Source: the human T2T-CHM13v2.0 reference genome, Homo sapiens. Taken from it: a DNA stretch of 64,000 bases. Positions 36,296 through 54,880 of this stretch are shown here, in pieces; position 1 is the stretch's first letter; each line of letters begins with the position of its first letter. The notes under the pieces were generated by a model. It searched no databases and was not told the origin of the DNA. It worked only from the letters and a program-made list of their open reading frames with translations. The position numbers and the translations under genes were made by a program. Where the stretch lies: NCBI RefSeq assembly GCF_009914755.1, contig NC_060939.1. One strand, given 5' to 3'.

Positions 36296-37147
36296 TAGTA
36301 GAGATGAGGTTTCACCATGTTGGCCAGGCTAGTCTCGAACTCCTGACCTCATGTGATCCACCTGCCTTGGTCTCCCAAAGTGCTGGGAATGCAGGCGTGA
36401 GCCACCGCGCCGACCTCCTCTCTACAATTTTTAATGTCAGTACTATTTTTTACCCCCACCTTTTCACATTAAAAAATGTGGTAAAATATACATAACATAG
36501 AATTTACCATTGTAGCCACTTTTAAGTGTTAATTCAGTGGTATTAATTACACTCGCAATGTAGTACAACAGTCACCACTATTGTACTATACCACATTGTA
36601 CTACATTGTGAATGTGAAATGTGTTGTTCTACATTGTGAAAGTTTTTCCAAAACTTTTTTTTTCTTTTTGAGACTGGGTCTCACTCTGTTCTGTCACCCA
36701 GGCTGGAGCGTGATCATGGCTCACTGCACCCTCAACCTCCCTGGGCTCAGGTGACCCTCCCACCTCAGCCTCCCAAGTAGCTGGGACTACACGCACACAT
36801 CACCACACCCAACTAATTTCTGTGGTTTTTTTTTTTTTTTTTTTTTCCACGCTGCCCAGGTCTTGAACTCCTGGGCTCAAGCAATCCACCTGCATCGGCC
36901 TCCCAAAGTGCTAGGATTACAAGAGTGAGCCACCACGCCCAGCCTTCAAAACATTATCATCACCCAAAACAGAAACTCTGTACCATTAAACAGTAATTCC
37001 ACACCCCCCTCCAATATTACCACATTTTTATGATGAGGAAAACGGAGGCACAGAGAGGCTCGGTAAAACAATCAATGTTACACAGCTAGCTAAGCATAGG
37101 GGTCAGGACTCAGACTAGGCTATTTGGCTCCAGAGCTTGCTTTCTGA

Positions 37148-37382
<235 letters not shown>

Positions 37383-38879
37383 TGATCTCCAACTCCTGAA
37401 CTCAGGTGATCTGCCCACCTCAGCCTCCCAAGGTGCTGGGATTACAGGCATGAGCCGCCATGCCTAGCAGATTTTTTTTCTTAAATCTAAAGCTTTTATT
37501 CTTGTTTATTTATTTATTTACTTATTTATTTACTCTGTCGCCCAGGCTGGAGTGCAGTGGCATGATCTCGGCTCACTGCAACCTCTGCCTCCCAGGTTCA
37601 AGCTATTCTTCTGCCTCAGCCTCAGCTTTGCAAACCTAGCCCAAGTAGCTGGGTTTACAAACATGTGCCATCACGCCCGACTAATTTTTATATTTTTGCT
37701 AGAGATGGGGTTTCACCATGTTGGACAGGCTGGTCTTGAACTCCTGGCCTCAAGTGATCTGCCCACCTCAGCCTCCCAGAGTGCTGGGATTACAGGCATG
37801 AGCCACCGCGCCTGGCCTGAATTTTGAGGTTTTTATCTGCTTGGGCCATGGGTGCAGGCTCCAATTACTCCAAAGGGGCTGATCTATCTGCCATGCCTTG
37901 TGGGGTCTGGTGGGAGCTGGAGGGCCACAGGGGTCCTGCCCTGTAGAGCCACTTTGTTTTTCCTCCATGAGATCCACAATCTTGGGAGCCCTGAGGATGT
38001 TCCTCCAAATGGGCAGACTATGCCCAGCCACCAGAGCTGGAGAGCAGGATTCTCTCTCCTTCCACTTATAAAGGGACAGCACTGAAACAAACATGGCCTC
38101 TGGAGTCACATGAGACTGGACTCGAAACCTAGCCTTGGACAGGTTGCTATTCCAATTGTTTCCCAAACTGAAGTTACAGATACCACCACCTACCTTGCAG
38201 AGTTGTTGGTAAGAGTAAATGGCAGCCTAGAACTAGCAGGGCCTAGATGAGAGTTAGTTCCCTTCCTAACTTGAATATCACCTTTTCCTTAATGCCTTCC
38301 CAGTTCAATGTTTGCTCCCTCCTCACACCTTTATACAGCATCCTGTGGAGACCGATCGAATTGCCTAGTGCTGCTGCTTTTCCCTGCTGGTTTGTAAATT
38401 CAAGTTCAGAGACTCTTTCTAAACTCTGACACACATCAAGGGCTGGGTGTGCTGACACTGACACAGTCCCAGTCCATTGCTTACTGGCTACGTAATCTTT
38501 GGTAATTTGACCCATCTCTGCCTCCATTTCCTCATCTGAAAAGTAGAGAATTGGATTCTCCACTTCATAGGATTGCTGGGAGGTTGAAATGGGCTAATAT
38601 AGGTGGTGCACTTAAAAATGGAGCTGACATATAGTAGAAGTACTTGGTATTATATGATCCCATGATATAATAAGTCCCCTTCTCTAAATCATTTCTTCAC
38701 CTAATGCTGCCTCACACCTGGGGAAGCGAACAAGGCACCACTAAAAGCCAATCCACTGATCTCGGCATCCTATTTATTCTCCTTTTAGAAGGCTTGGCCA
38801 GGCACGGTGGCTCACACCTGTAATCCCAGCACTTTGGGAGGCTGAGGCAGGATTGCTTGAACTTAGGAGTTTGAGATCA

Positions 38880-39129
<250 letters not shown>

Positions 39130-39549
39130 CTATCACTGCTATCATCTAAATTTCCAGGAACCTCCTGGGCCACTTCTAACCGCTAGATGGCCAAGCTACA
39201 GAGTGATTATTTCCTTAGGCAAGCAAACATCCCAGCCCTCTAATACGGTATTTCCTGGGGCTGGAATATCAACAGGAAGTTATGTGAGGAAGAGCTCTGC
39301 CAAAACACTCATTCCAAGGAAGGGACTGGTAAAGTGACAAATTTGCCCAATCCTGTACAACATCCTGCATCCTCCACATGTGGCCCTGTTGCACATCTAA
39401 TCCACAGGCAGGTCACTCGCTGCTGACTCTATTCTTCTCTGGGCTCCTGGGACGTATAAATATGACTCTATGTAAGAAAACCAGAGGCTGGGCGCAGTTT
39501 GCTCATGCCTGTAATCCCAGCACTTTGGGAGGCCGAGGCGGGCGGATCA

Positions 39550-39831
<282 letters not shown>

Positions 39832-40321
39832 GACATTTAAACAAGGGAGGAGATCCTGAACACTAGTCTCGCTCAGTTTATAAAAACTTGAGGCCAAACT
39901 CTCCATCATCTGTACACAGCTTAACCACGGCCAGGAGCAAGAATTCGAGTTAAACGAATTGAACCAGTCCAACCACAAGACGATAAAGGGAAACAGGGCG
40001 TGGGGATTTCCAGTTTTTCCTTTTACATTACAAAGTTTCCAACACAAGAAGCCAACAATACCCCAGTGCTGCACCAAGTTACTTCCCACTGTTTCCCAAG
40101 GCACAGTCAATTAATAATCAGTAGTCCAAGTTCTAAGAACATTTCCTGGAAAACAAGGACGCACCTCCCGTGGCTCTATGCATGGCCTGCCACTGATGAA
40201 TCAAATTCTTAAGAACCTACGACCGTCTGATACCCTTGAGGAGAGCACCCTCATAGAATCTCCAGCATCAGGCCTCAGTTTTCCCATCTGTAAAAGACAG
40301 CCATGCAAAGTGGGAGATCCG

Positions 40322-40876
40322 CTAGGCTTCCAGATCGAAGTCATCGCGCTCCTCATTGTACTCTAGCACGTGCCGCTTGATCTTGGACGAGTCCACCCAA
40401 GTGACAAAGTCCTCCATGCTGCGCGTGACAAGGAAGGCGGGGTCGGTAACCACGTCAGGGCCCACGCGTACGTGCCCTTGCTCCACAAAGGCCACGGCAG
40501 CCTGAAGGTGCTGCGCCATGCGCAGCTTGAGGAGCACGGTGGGGAGGCGGCGGCGGCAGAAGGACGAGGCCGTGACGAAGTCGCAGAGCTCCAGCGAACC
40601 GCGCGTGGGCACCAAGCCGAGAGCATACAGCTTGTCCAGCAGCGCGGCCGAAGCGCGCACGCGGAACTGGTCGCGTTCGGGCAGGTCGCGCAGGCGCCGC
40701 GCCAGCTCACGCACGGCACGGCTCAGCTGGTTGTAGCGCGTGTAGTCCTCCCGCCGCTGCAGCCGGTAACGCCGCAGCACGCGCAGCTCGTGCAGGTTGT
40801 GGTCGGTGACCTCCCAGTTCAGGAAGTCCACCTGCTTCAGCAGCTTCTGCTCGTGGAACTTAAGCTTCCGCACCAT
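40322..40876 (-). CDS. IMP3: IMP3, U3 small nucleolar ribonucleoprotein protein IMP3 (S4 RNA-binding domain; Mpp10-Imp3-Imp4 complex), intronless CDS, 184 aa
   Basis: [24 protein letters not shown]...[55 protein letters not shown]; Kozak context GCCATCATGG; TAG stop. Confidence 0.98.
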   Translation of the reverse strand: MVRKLKFHEQKLLKQVDFLNWEVTDHNLHELRVLRRYRLQRREDYTRYNQLSRAVRELARRLRDLPERDQFRVRASAALLDKLYALGLVPTRGSLELCDFVTASSFCRRRLPTVLLKLRMAQHLQAAVAFVEQGHVRVGPDVVTDPAFLVTRSMEDFVTWVDSSKIKRHVLEYNEERDDFDLEA

Positions 40877-41400
40877 GATGGCGGCAGCCGCAGCCGCAGG
40901 ACCCGAAGCTGAGAGCGCGTTCTGGCATCCGCGCGATTTCCGCCGCGGCGCCCCAAGACCTGGACGGCCTGGGACCCTGGGCCAATGAAAGAAAGACTTA
41001 AAGTCACGCCCTCACTTCCCATTGGCCAGGGTGGGACCACGCCTCTGCACTGGGATCTCGCGTTTCTTCTTTTCTTCGCGTTTGCGAGGGAGGGGGTAGA
41101 AGCACCGGAGGTGGGTGGTTGGGAGCGGGTCCCTAGGCGGTTCCGCGCGGTTTTTAGTAGCCAAGACTGTATCCCTTTCTGCGGCAATCATTTCCTCCTA
41201 GACTTCTGTCCTTTGGGGACTTTCAGAGTCTCCCCCGCAAGAGCTGAAGAGGCCATTTCTGGGGAAGAGGGGTGACTGCGGCTTGTTGATTGGGTTTACT
41301 GTGCTAACTTGCACTGGGCTCCTGCCATGCCTTGGGGGAGCTTGCCGGAGCCGGCTCTCCTGGGGCTGACCTGGTAGTCCCCGCCGCCCGCCAGCGTCAG
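40877..41400 (-). promoter_or_regulatory. IMP3: IMP3 CpG-island promoter / 5' UTR
   Basis: CpG-rich sequence continuous with the CDS. Two oppositely oriented CCAAT boxes (40982-40986, 41021-41025), a YY1-like GATGGCGGC at 40877 and an ETS-like GCGGAAAT near 40936-40943. Confidence 0.75.
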
Positions 41401-41837
41401 GTCCTTCACCTGGCATGCAGAGCGATCTCTCATTGTCAAGTTGGGATAGGTGGCACCGAACCCATGAAATACTGATTGGCTGCTTCCTAGGCCCACAGAA
41501 AAGGGATCTATAAGGGAGTCGCCTGGAAATCTGTATTATTAACTAAAGTGTCAGATGATTCATAAAACCCAGCAAGTTTGAGAAACTTGGACTATAACTA
41601 CAAGTCCAAACCCTTTAGTCTGTGCTCAAATGAATTATCCTGACATGAATTTCTGGCCACCAAGCATTGAGTTAACAAATTTAATGCTGTTTCCGCTAGT
41701 TGCATCTGTAAGTTACATCTGAGTATAGCGCTGCAGACCTAACCCCTTTTTGCCCGGGCATTTGACGCCACCTAGCTTCTCACTGATCATTTTTGTTTTG
41801 TATGCTTTTCATTGTCTTTTACAATACAATATTTGAG

Positions 41838-46604
<4,767 letters not shown>

Positions 46605-47739
46605 TGATGCTATTGTTAAACTCAGTTTGGAGAAAGGCTATGTGGACAGAAGATAGATCACAGGGAAGGGGGGGTCCTAAAAGCACGTGGGGAAAACGTA
46701 TATTCTGTCTTAGAGATGCTAGGACGAACTGTCTTTAGAATGAAGGCTGCCCCATGACAGGAAGCAAGGTTTTAAGGTTACTTGACTGAGAGACTCCTCA
46801 TACCCTTTCCCCTCTTGGGGGTTCCAGACTCACTGAGCTAACTTTCTGGTAACTGGGCTTCCCAAGGGGTAGCCCAAACTGCCTTGATCTATTGATGCAG
46901 AAATTCAGTTCTGCTTGACAGTTTTATTTCTCTGTGCAAATTGATACCTAGCCTTCTGGGGTTTGTACATAGGCCTTTATTCTGGTCAAATGCCAGACCT
47001 GCGAAGGGAGTCGGATCCACTCACTGAACCAGTGAAACTGGGTTTTGGAGCCAGAGGTCTGGGAACCATGTCCCTCAAAACAGCCAAAGGTATCCATCTT
47101 TAGCAGAACTACCTTGTACCAGTTAATCTGCAATAAGTGACTAGGGAGAGAATGAAGGGAAGATCTAGCTAGACAGGGTAGACAAGACTCCAGGGTATAG
47201 CCAGGAAAGGGAGTCCTCCTGAAGCCTTTGCCTCATCTTAGGCACTTCCTCCTTCAGGAAGCTTTCCTTGATCCTTGCTCTACCCAGGCTGGGGTAGGTA
47301 CCCTCATGTGCACTTTTCATGGCACTAACTAGTCACACTGGGCAGGGAGCATTTGTCTACTTGTCACAACATATCTGAGCTTTTGGAAAATAAGGATAAT
47401 GTCTTATTTGTCTTTGTAGCTCAGGGGCCTGGTGCAGAGTAGGTACTCAGTTAATGTTTCTTGAGTGCATGACTTGGCTGAATGAATGACTGAGACAGAA
47501 TGGATTGATTAAAGACAAGAGAGGGTGGACTGTAAGCCCCCCAGGATAGAAACCCCGACTGCCTTGTGGTGTACTACTCCCCAGTGCCCAGCACAGTGCC
47601 TAGCAGAATCAATGCCCAAAGTGTTCCCGATATGCTGACCGAGGGTCAGATCCCACTTGCCTCTTCTCGAAGATTCTCTACCTGACCACTTCTCTCCTTG
47701 CTGCCGCTGGCTAGCACAGAACATCCAGTCCCCGCTGCT

Positions 47740-49200
47740 GTACTAAGCAACACGGAACCGGGTGGCACCTAGACTTGTTCCCTGTCGCTGCAGATGTAGA
47801 GTAGTGTCTTTCCCTCCTTCCAAGCTAGTCGCCCAGGGCAGGGTCGCCCTGTCTGGCTAGGGTGCTGCACCCGCAGCTCTCGGTATCTTAGGTCAGACGC
47901 CTGGAACGCGCAGGCCGTTTCTGTTCCTCCGGAAAACAATCTCTGAGCTGCGCCACGACCCGTCCCTGCGGAGCAGGAGTGGGGAATGGGAAGGTGGGAA
48001 GGCGAGTCCGCGACTCTGCTCCCCAACCCCAGCTGGCGCGGCGGCTTTCCACGCACCCCCCTCCCCCCACCCCGATCTCCCGATCCTGGCTCTGGCGCGG
48101 TGCTCCTTGCAGCCCCACGCTTTGCAAACTTTCGGAGTTTTACTCCATTTGCGTCACGGAAAAGGCAGGAGGATGACGGAGTCCAGGAAGCGAGGCAGCG
48201 GCAGCTGGCAAGCTCCCCCGCCGGGCGCTCCAACCACGGGGGCGTGAGGTGTCTCCCGGCGAGGGCGGACAGGCGGAGGGAGAGGAGGGGAGGTGGCGGT
48301 CCCAGGGACCAGCCCCGGAGGCTCTCGGGCCCCCTCGTTCCCGGGTCGTTTCCTCCCTCTCGCCTCCCGGACTGAGCGCCAGCGAGCGAGGGCGCTGGCC
48401 AGCTGGGAAGCCGCGCGGAGGAGTAGGCGGGGGCTCGGCTGCAGCGCCCCGGGCCCGCGGGAGGGCGGAGCTGGCCGTCCCTGCCCCGCCGGGACGCACG
48501 GAAGTGCAGCGGAGTTTGCCCGATTCTCCAGCCTGCTTCCCCCTCCCTCCTCCCTCTCCCCACCCCTCACCTCCCCTTTGGCGATCCCCTCCTTCCTCAG
48601 GACGCCACCTCCCGGAATCGCCTTTTTGTTTTGGAGCTGCCTTCTCGCTGGCGGAGCGGAGGGTCTGCGAGCGCCGGGGAAGGCAGGCTGGGGGCGCAGC
48701 CCGCCCCCCACTGGCCGGGCCCCGCAGGGCGGAGAGGAGGACGGACGGACAGACGGCTGGCCGCGCCATCTGCTCGCCGGAGCTCACTCTCCAAACTCCA
48801 AACTGTTGAGTGTGTGCGTGCACGCGAGGGTGGTGATCGGGGGTCGTAAGTCCCGGGTGAGGAACCGGTTTCTGCTGGGGTTACCTTTGGACGGGGTTCC
48901 TGGGATTCAGAGCAGGGTCAGCGTCAGGCTCAGAAACTGCTGAGGAATTAGGCAAACAAAAGAGACCACTCAGCGAGTGGCTAGAAGTCGCCCGACAGCC
49001 TCGTCGCGCCCCCTCCTTCCTCCGGGGTTGGGGCTGGCCACTTCTGGGGCGGGGAGAGGGCGCCCGAGCCGGCGGGGGCTCCGGCTGCGCAGCCGGGGTC
49101 GAAGAGTTGGCGGCCTGTTGTGTAAGCCTCAGTCCTTGTTTTCCCGGCCTGGCTCGTTGTGAAGCCGGACACATCCACCCTTGGACTCGATTCAGGCGGC
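47740..49200. promoter_or_regulatory. SNX33: SNX33 CpG island / promoter
   Basis: Very CpG-dense, with multiple GC boxes, ETS site CGGAAGTG at ~48498 and CRE half-site TGCGTCA at ~48150; lies directly upstream of the SNX33 ATG. Confidence 0.85.
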
Positions 49201-49810
49201 TGCTGCTTTTCTCCTTGCCCCTCTTGGATTTTCCGGATTTTTGAAAACCCAGTGGCCCAGGAGCAAGAGGAGGAAGGAGGAAGGGGCAGATCTGCAGAGG
49301 AATGTGAGAGCCTCCCAAAGCGAGAGCCGCCAAAAGAATCTGGGAGCCAGAGGGACAGCCGAGCCCTGCCCGGGTTTCTGGAATGGTGGTTTCAGAGTGA
49401 GTCTCTTCTATTTTAGAACGTTGTTCCAGTGGAAAGTGTCGAATTTTTCCCCTCGCAGGGCAGATTTCTCCAGGTCACTTGACTTTTCTTCTGGGAGTAG
49501 GAGTTAGGAGAGATTCCCCTCTAACCCCCCAGAGGCTGCTAAGGGAGGAGGAGACTGTGGACATGAGCCCTCCCTGCTCACAAGCATATGCCCGGAGACC
49601 TGATAGGGCAGTTTCTGGGCCATGGACATTGCTTTGAAGAGGGGGAGACTGGACAGCATCTGTGGGTGCTGAGACCCCACCTTAGGACCTGAGAGATTGA
49701 ACTGTGTAAGCGCCATTCAGCTGCGAGTGCATTCTTGGACTGCCTTGTGAGCATCCCCGGTCTGGGCAGGACCCTCTCCTTCCCATCTTTCTATACCACC
49801 CAGCCCAGCC

Positions 49811-51281
49811 ATGGCACTGAAAGGCCGAGCCCTCTATGACTTTCACAGTGAGAACAAGGAGGAAATCAGCATCCAGCAGGATGAGGACCTGGTCATCTTT
49901 AGCGAGACCTCACTGGATGGCTGGCTGCAGGGCCAGAACAGCCGTGGGGAGACAGGGCTCTTTCCTGCCTCTTATGTGGAGATCGTCCGTTCTGGCATCA
50001 GCACCAACCATGCTGACTACTCCAGCAGCCCTGCAGGCTCTCCCGGAGCCCAGGTGAGCTTGTACAACAGCCCCAGTGTGGCCAGCCCAGCTAGGAGTGG
50101 TGGGGGCAGTGGCTTCCTCTCAAACCAGGGTAGCTTTGAGGAGGATGATGATGATGACTGGGATGACTGGGACGACGGATGCACAGTGGTGGAGGAGCCA
50201 CGGGCTGGTGGGCTGGGCACCAACGGGCACCCTCCCCTCAACCTCTCCTACCCTGGTGCCTACCCCAGCCAGCACATGGCCTTCCGGCCCAAGCCACCAC
50301 TGGAGCGGCAGGACAGCCTGGCATCTGCCAAGCGAGGCAGTGTGGTGGGCCGTAACCTCAACCGTTTCTCATGCTTTGTGCGTTCTGGAGTGGAGGCCTT
50401 CATCCTGGGTGATGTGCCCATGATGGCCAAGATCGCTGAGACATACTCCATTGAAATGGGCCCTCGTGGCCCCCAGTGGAAGGCCAATCCCCACCCATTT
50501 GCCTGCTCTGTGGAGGACCCCACAAAACAGACCAAATTCAAGGGCATCAAAAGCTACATCTCCTACAAGCTCACACCCACCCATGCTGCCTCACCCGTCT
50601 ACCGGCGCTACAAACACTTTGACTGGCTCTATAACCGCCTGCTACACAAGTTCACTGTCATCTCGGTGCCCCACCTGCCTGAGAAGCAGGCCACTGGCCG
50701 CTTCGAGGAGGACTTCATCGAAAAGCGGAAGCGGAGACTCATCCTCTGGATGGACCACATGACCAGCCACCCTGTGCTCTCCCAGTACGAAGGCTTCCAG
50801 CATTTCCTCAGCTGCCTGGATGACAAGCAGTGGAAGATGGGCAAACGCCGGGCGGAGAAGGATGAGATGGTGGGTGCCAGCTTCCTGCTCACCTTCCAGA
50901 TCCCCACCGAGCACCAGGACTTGCAGGACGTGGAAGATCGCGTGGACACTTTCAAGGCCTTCAGTAAGAAGATGGACGACAGCGTCCTGCAGCTCAGCAC
51001 TGTGGCATCAGAGCTGGTGCGTAAACATGTGGGGGGCTTCCGCAAGGAATTCCAGAAGCTGGGCAGTGCCTTCCAGGCCATCAGTCATTCCTTCCAGATG
51101 GACCCCCCCTTTTGCTCTGAGGCCCTCAACAGTGCCATTTCTCACACGGGCCGTACCTATGAAGCCATCGGGGAGATGTTTGCTGAGCAGCCCAAGAATG
51201 ACCTCTTCCAGATGCTGGACACACTGTCTCTCTACCAGGGCCTGCTCTCCAACTTCCCTGACATCATCCATCTACAAAAAG
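49811..51281 (+). CDS. SNX33: SNX33 coding exon 1 (SH3, acidic low-complexity region DDDDDWDDWDD, PX domain, most of the BAR domain)
   Basis: MALKGRALYDFHSEN... SH3 and VYRRYKHFDWLYNRLLHKF PX signature; strong Kozak gccATGG; donor AAG|gtaagg at 51282; 1471 nt, phase 1. Confidence 0.97.
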
Positions 51282-51396
51282 GTAAGGCCCAGTGCAGGCA
51301 GGAAACTCGTCCTGAGTCTGGCTCTCTGCTGGGCCCTGGGGAGATGGGGATGGCCTGGATAGAATGGAGCAACTTGTCTTTATTTCTCTGTCTCAA

Positions 51397-51700
51397 TCAT
51401 TCATTTAACAAATGTGTTGGGCTGGGCACGGTGGCTTACGCTTGTAATCTCAGCACTTTGGGAGGTTGAAGTAGGAGGATCACTTGGGCCCAGGAGGTTG
51501 AGACTACAGTGAGCCCGATTGTGCCACTGCACTCCAGCCTGGGTGACAGAGTGAGACCCTGTCTCTAAAACAAACAAACAAACAAACAAACAAACAAATG
51601 TGTTGAATATCAACTCTGTGTCTGTGGCAAATGTGCTTCTAGGTGCAGGGATATTGTTGTGCACAGGCCCGGTCTCTGTCCTCATGGAGCTTGATATTTA
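51397..51700. mobile_element. L2 3' end (minus) with an inserted Alu monomer-like element (51420-51597, (CAAA)n tail)
   Basis: tcattcatttaacaaatgtgttg[Alu]aacaaatgtgttgaat; 13-bp TSD. Confidence 0.75.
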
Positions 51701-53814
51701 CCTTCTTGTCAGTTCATTCATTTTCTCTGTTTGCATCTCGTTTACCCATCATGCATGGTGTCATGCTGGGTTCTGAGAACACATAGATGACCAGGCCCCA
51801 GGCCTTGCCCTTGAGGAGCCGGTAGGCCCTTGGGAGACACAGACCCAACCCAGATAACAAGAGCTCAGAGTGGGGGCCTGTCTTGTGCTCCTTGCAAGTT
51901 AACCTCCCCACCTTTGCAGCTTTGGAAGCTACTCTCACCACTGTGTATTCTCTTTATGAGCGTCTTGTCTGTGTGCAGGAAGATCCCTGTCCCCATTTTG
52001 CAGATGAAGGAGCTAGTGTCCACAGAAGAGTGGTTGCACAGCCTGTGGCCCGGCTGGGACTGTCCCTTCCTCCTGCCACCTCCCCAAGGACACGTCCATG
52101 TTGGCCACTTCCCAAGCCTAGCCATGTTTTCAGTTCTCATGACCCCCTCTGTGGGGGAGGGACAGGATGGGCCTCTGCCTGTTACTGCTGGGGCTGTCCA
52201 TGAACTGCCGGGGAAATGACTCATCCTGGGTCACACAGGGGCACTCTGGCTGGGCCAGGGGTGCAGAATCAGGGGTCCAGGGCACTGTCCACATGGCCTA
52301 TCCAACTCCTGCTTCCCAAGCCTGGCTTCTCTTCTTGCCTGAGGAGAGAGCCAGTGGCTGCCCCAGCAGGTGCCTGAGTCCTGGGCACAGCTGGGAGGGC
52401 AGATGTCAGGAGAGAGGTGTGATCCTCCCTGGGGCTGCTTGGTAACTCGTCTGCAGGGCGTGGAGCTGGCTCCCTGGCCCTTGGGCCCTGAGGTTAGACC
52501 TGGCTTGGTGGGGAGTTTGACTCTGGGTGGGGCCAGGGGGCAGACCTCTGCACTGAGCCTGGGGAACAGGAAACATGTCACCCACCACCACCAGGGAGGG
52601 CCTGGGGTAAGCTGGCCTTGCTTTCCTTTACCAAGAGGTTGACTTCTATAACTTCTCCAGCTCCCAGCCTCCTTTCTCCCCTTGCTATATCCTCTTCCTC
52701 TTCCTTTCTTTCTGTTTTTTTTTTTTTTTCTCTCATCTCTACCTTTCTTCCTCCTCCTCTGAACTCCAGGAAACACAAACCTGAGTGCTAGTCTTGGCTC
52801 TGCCCCTAGATTGCTGTGCGTCCCCGGGGAGTGCCTTTGCCCCTCTGGGCCTTAGTTTCCTGATCTGTAAAACAAGGGAATGGGGTCCCAGTGAGCCATC
52901 AGGCCTTCAAGGGAGTGGGTGGGAAGGGACTCCTGGGGAGGGTATGGCTCAGAAACAGAATGACACCTTAGCTCTGGCTCTGAGCACTGGGGCAGGAGTA
53001 GGGCAGGGGAGGTGGCCAGGCCTGCTGGGGGCCCACTGGGGCAGGTGTCTCCCTGAGCACAAGTGGGAAGGCTGGTTCAACCAGCTCCTTAGATGGCTTG
53101 TTCCTGTGCAGGCAGCAGGAGGGGGAATGCAATGATTAAACAGATGCTCCCATGCAGTGGCTGGGGACCCCCCACCCAGAGCAGAGCTGAGGACATTAGG
53201 GCAGCCCCACACCTAGGAAGGACACCAGGGCCTCCCAGGCTGGGGGGAAGCCAGACCAGCCTTTCTGACCCTGGGCAGAGAGACAGAGCTGAGATAGGCC
53301 ATTTCTGAGTTTCTACTTGAGGTGTTTCTAAGAGTCAGAGGCCACTGTCCTCTGTGCTGGTGCATTTGACCTGAAACAGAGGCCAGCCCACTGCCTTCCC
53401 TCCCCGGGAGGACCCCTCCCAATGGGCCAAGCCCTCTCTGGCTTACTCTAAGTTCTGGGCTCTGCACTGCTCCTCCCAGGCCTGTGGTGTGGGGCAAGTT
53501 AGGGAGGGGGTACTGAGACAGAACTGGACAGGCTTTGGGGACCACAGCCCAATGGGAGTGATAAGGAGGGGGTCCTAATGCTGGCCTTAGGGGTGGAGCC
53601 CTTCTCAAAGAAAAGAGAAGAACAGTTGGGTCCTGGGCCCCCAGGATTCTGTCCAGCCTGTCTGGACATCTGAATGGGTGGTGAGTGTGTGGGAGGAAGG
53701 ACAGTGGAGGCCTAGGTGGGAGTCAGGAGACCAGGATTTGGACAAACTTTGCATCTGACATGACTTTGGGAGAGATTTCTCCCCTCAGTCTCTAGGTGAG
53801 TAAAATGGGACCCG

Positions 53815-53885
53815 AGGGTCTTCATTTCCTTAGGAGGGCTCCATGTCATGTGAAACTTACATTAAACAAATTTGTATGCTTTTCA
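53815..53885 (+). mobile_element. Short ERV1 LTR fragment (MER4/MER34/MER39-group-like poly(A) region)
   Basis: gggtcttcatt...ggctccatgtcatgtgaaacttacattaaacaaatttgtatgcttttc resembles, from recall, the conserved LTR segment of this group; not verified by alignment. Confidence 0.5.
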
Positions 53886-54540
53886 GAAAAATAATAAAAT
53901 GAAATAAAATGGGACATAAACCCTGGCTGGAGCTGAGAGGAGCCTGGTCCTCCCACGGGCCTAGTCCCTGTAGCCCAATCCAGGGGTCTCCTAAGAGAAG
54001 GGTAACCATATAATTAACCAGGGCAGTTTGGGGCATAAAAGGGGGCCCTAGCAATAGTGATCCCGGGACAACAGGGGAAAGTAACTGTCCAGGGCAAGCT
54101 GGGACGTATGGACCCCCAACTTGACAGCCAGCAAGAGCGGGGCTGGTCCTAAGGCTCACGACAGGTCAGGAGGGCGATGTGGTCACTTCCGTTTTACAGA
54201 CGAGGTGCAGCGATGCAGATGAGCCTCAGAGCAGGAGCTGGAGTCCAGTGTGTCTGGCTCCGCAGCCCAGGCTGTTTCCACTGTGCCCTCCCAGATGGGG
54301 GAGGGGATCCCCAGGGATGGAGAGCTGAGCCAGAAGGCGAAAGAGGAGGGAGGAAGGCTTGGGTGCTCCTTCACTGGTCCTGTGGGCTAGAGAGAGGCCC
54401 AGGACCACAGAGCTTCCATGGAGGGGCCATAGGGACAGCGTGGCCAAGGCAAAGTGGCGACTGTAGGGACAAGTTCTTGCCTGGGGGATGGGTGGGTTCA
54501 GCCTCTGGGTTCTGAGCCATCATCTAGCCTTCCCTCTACC

Positions 54541-54880
<340 letters not shown>

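Noticed and set aside
40363-40912. 180-aa antisense and 118-aa alternative-frame ORFs over IMP3
   Set aside because: Expected shadow of a CDS with very high GC3; no independent coding features.
47769-48943. Long (185-264 aa) ORFs on both strands in the SNX33 CpG island
   Set aside because: Gly/Pro/Arg/Ala-rich in all frames, typical of stop-poor CpG islands.
49836-51362. Chain of +1-frame ORFs (73-180 aa) inside SNX33 exon 1
   Set aside because: Codon-bias shadow broken by stops; the longest would end five codons into exon 2 after splicing; no recognisable domain.
49811-51469. 552-aa ORF taken as the full SNX33 protein
   Set aside because: The canonical product splices at 51281 to 57670 (574 aa); the read-through tail is intronic and Alu-derived, kept only as an isoform hypothesis.
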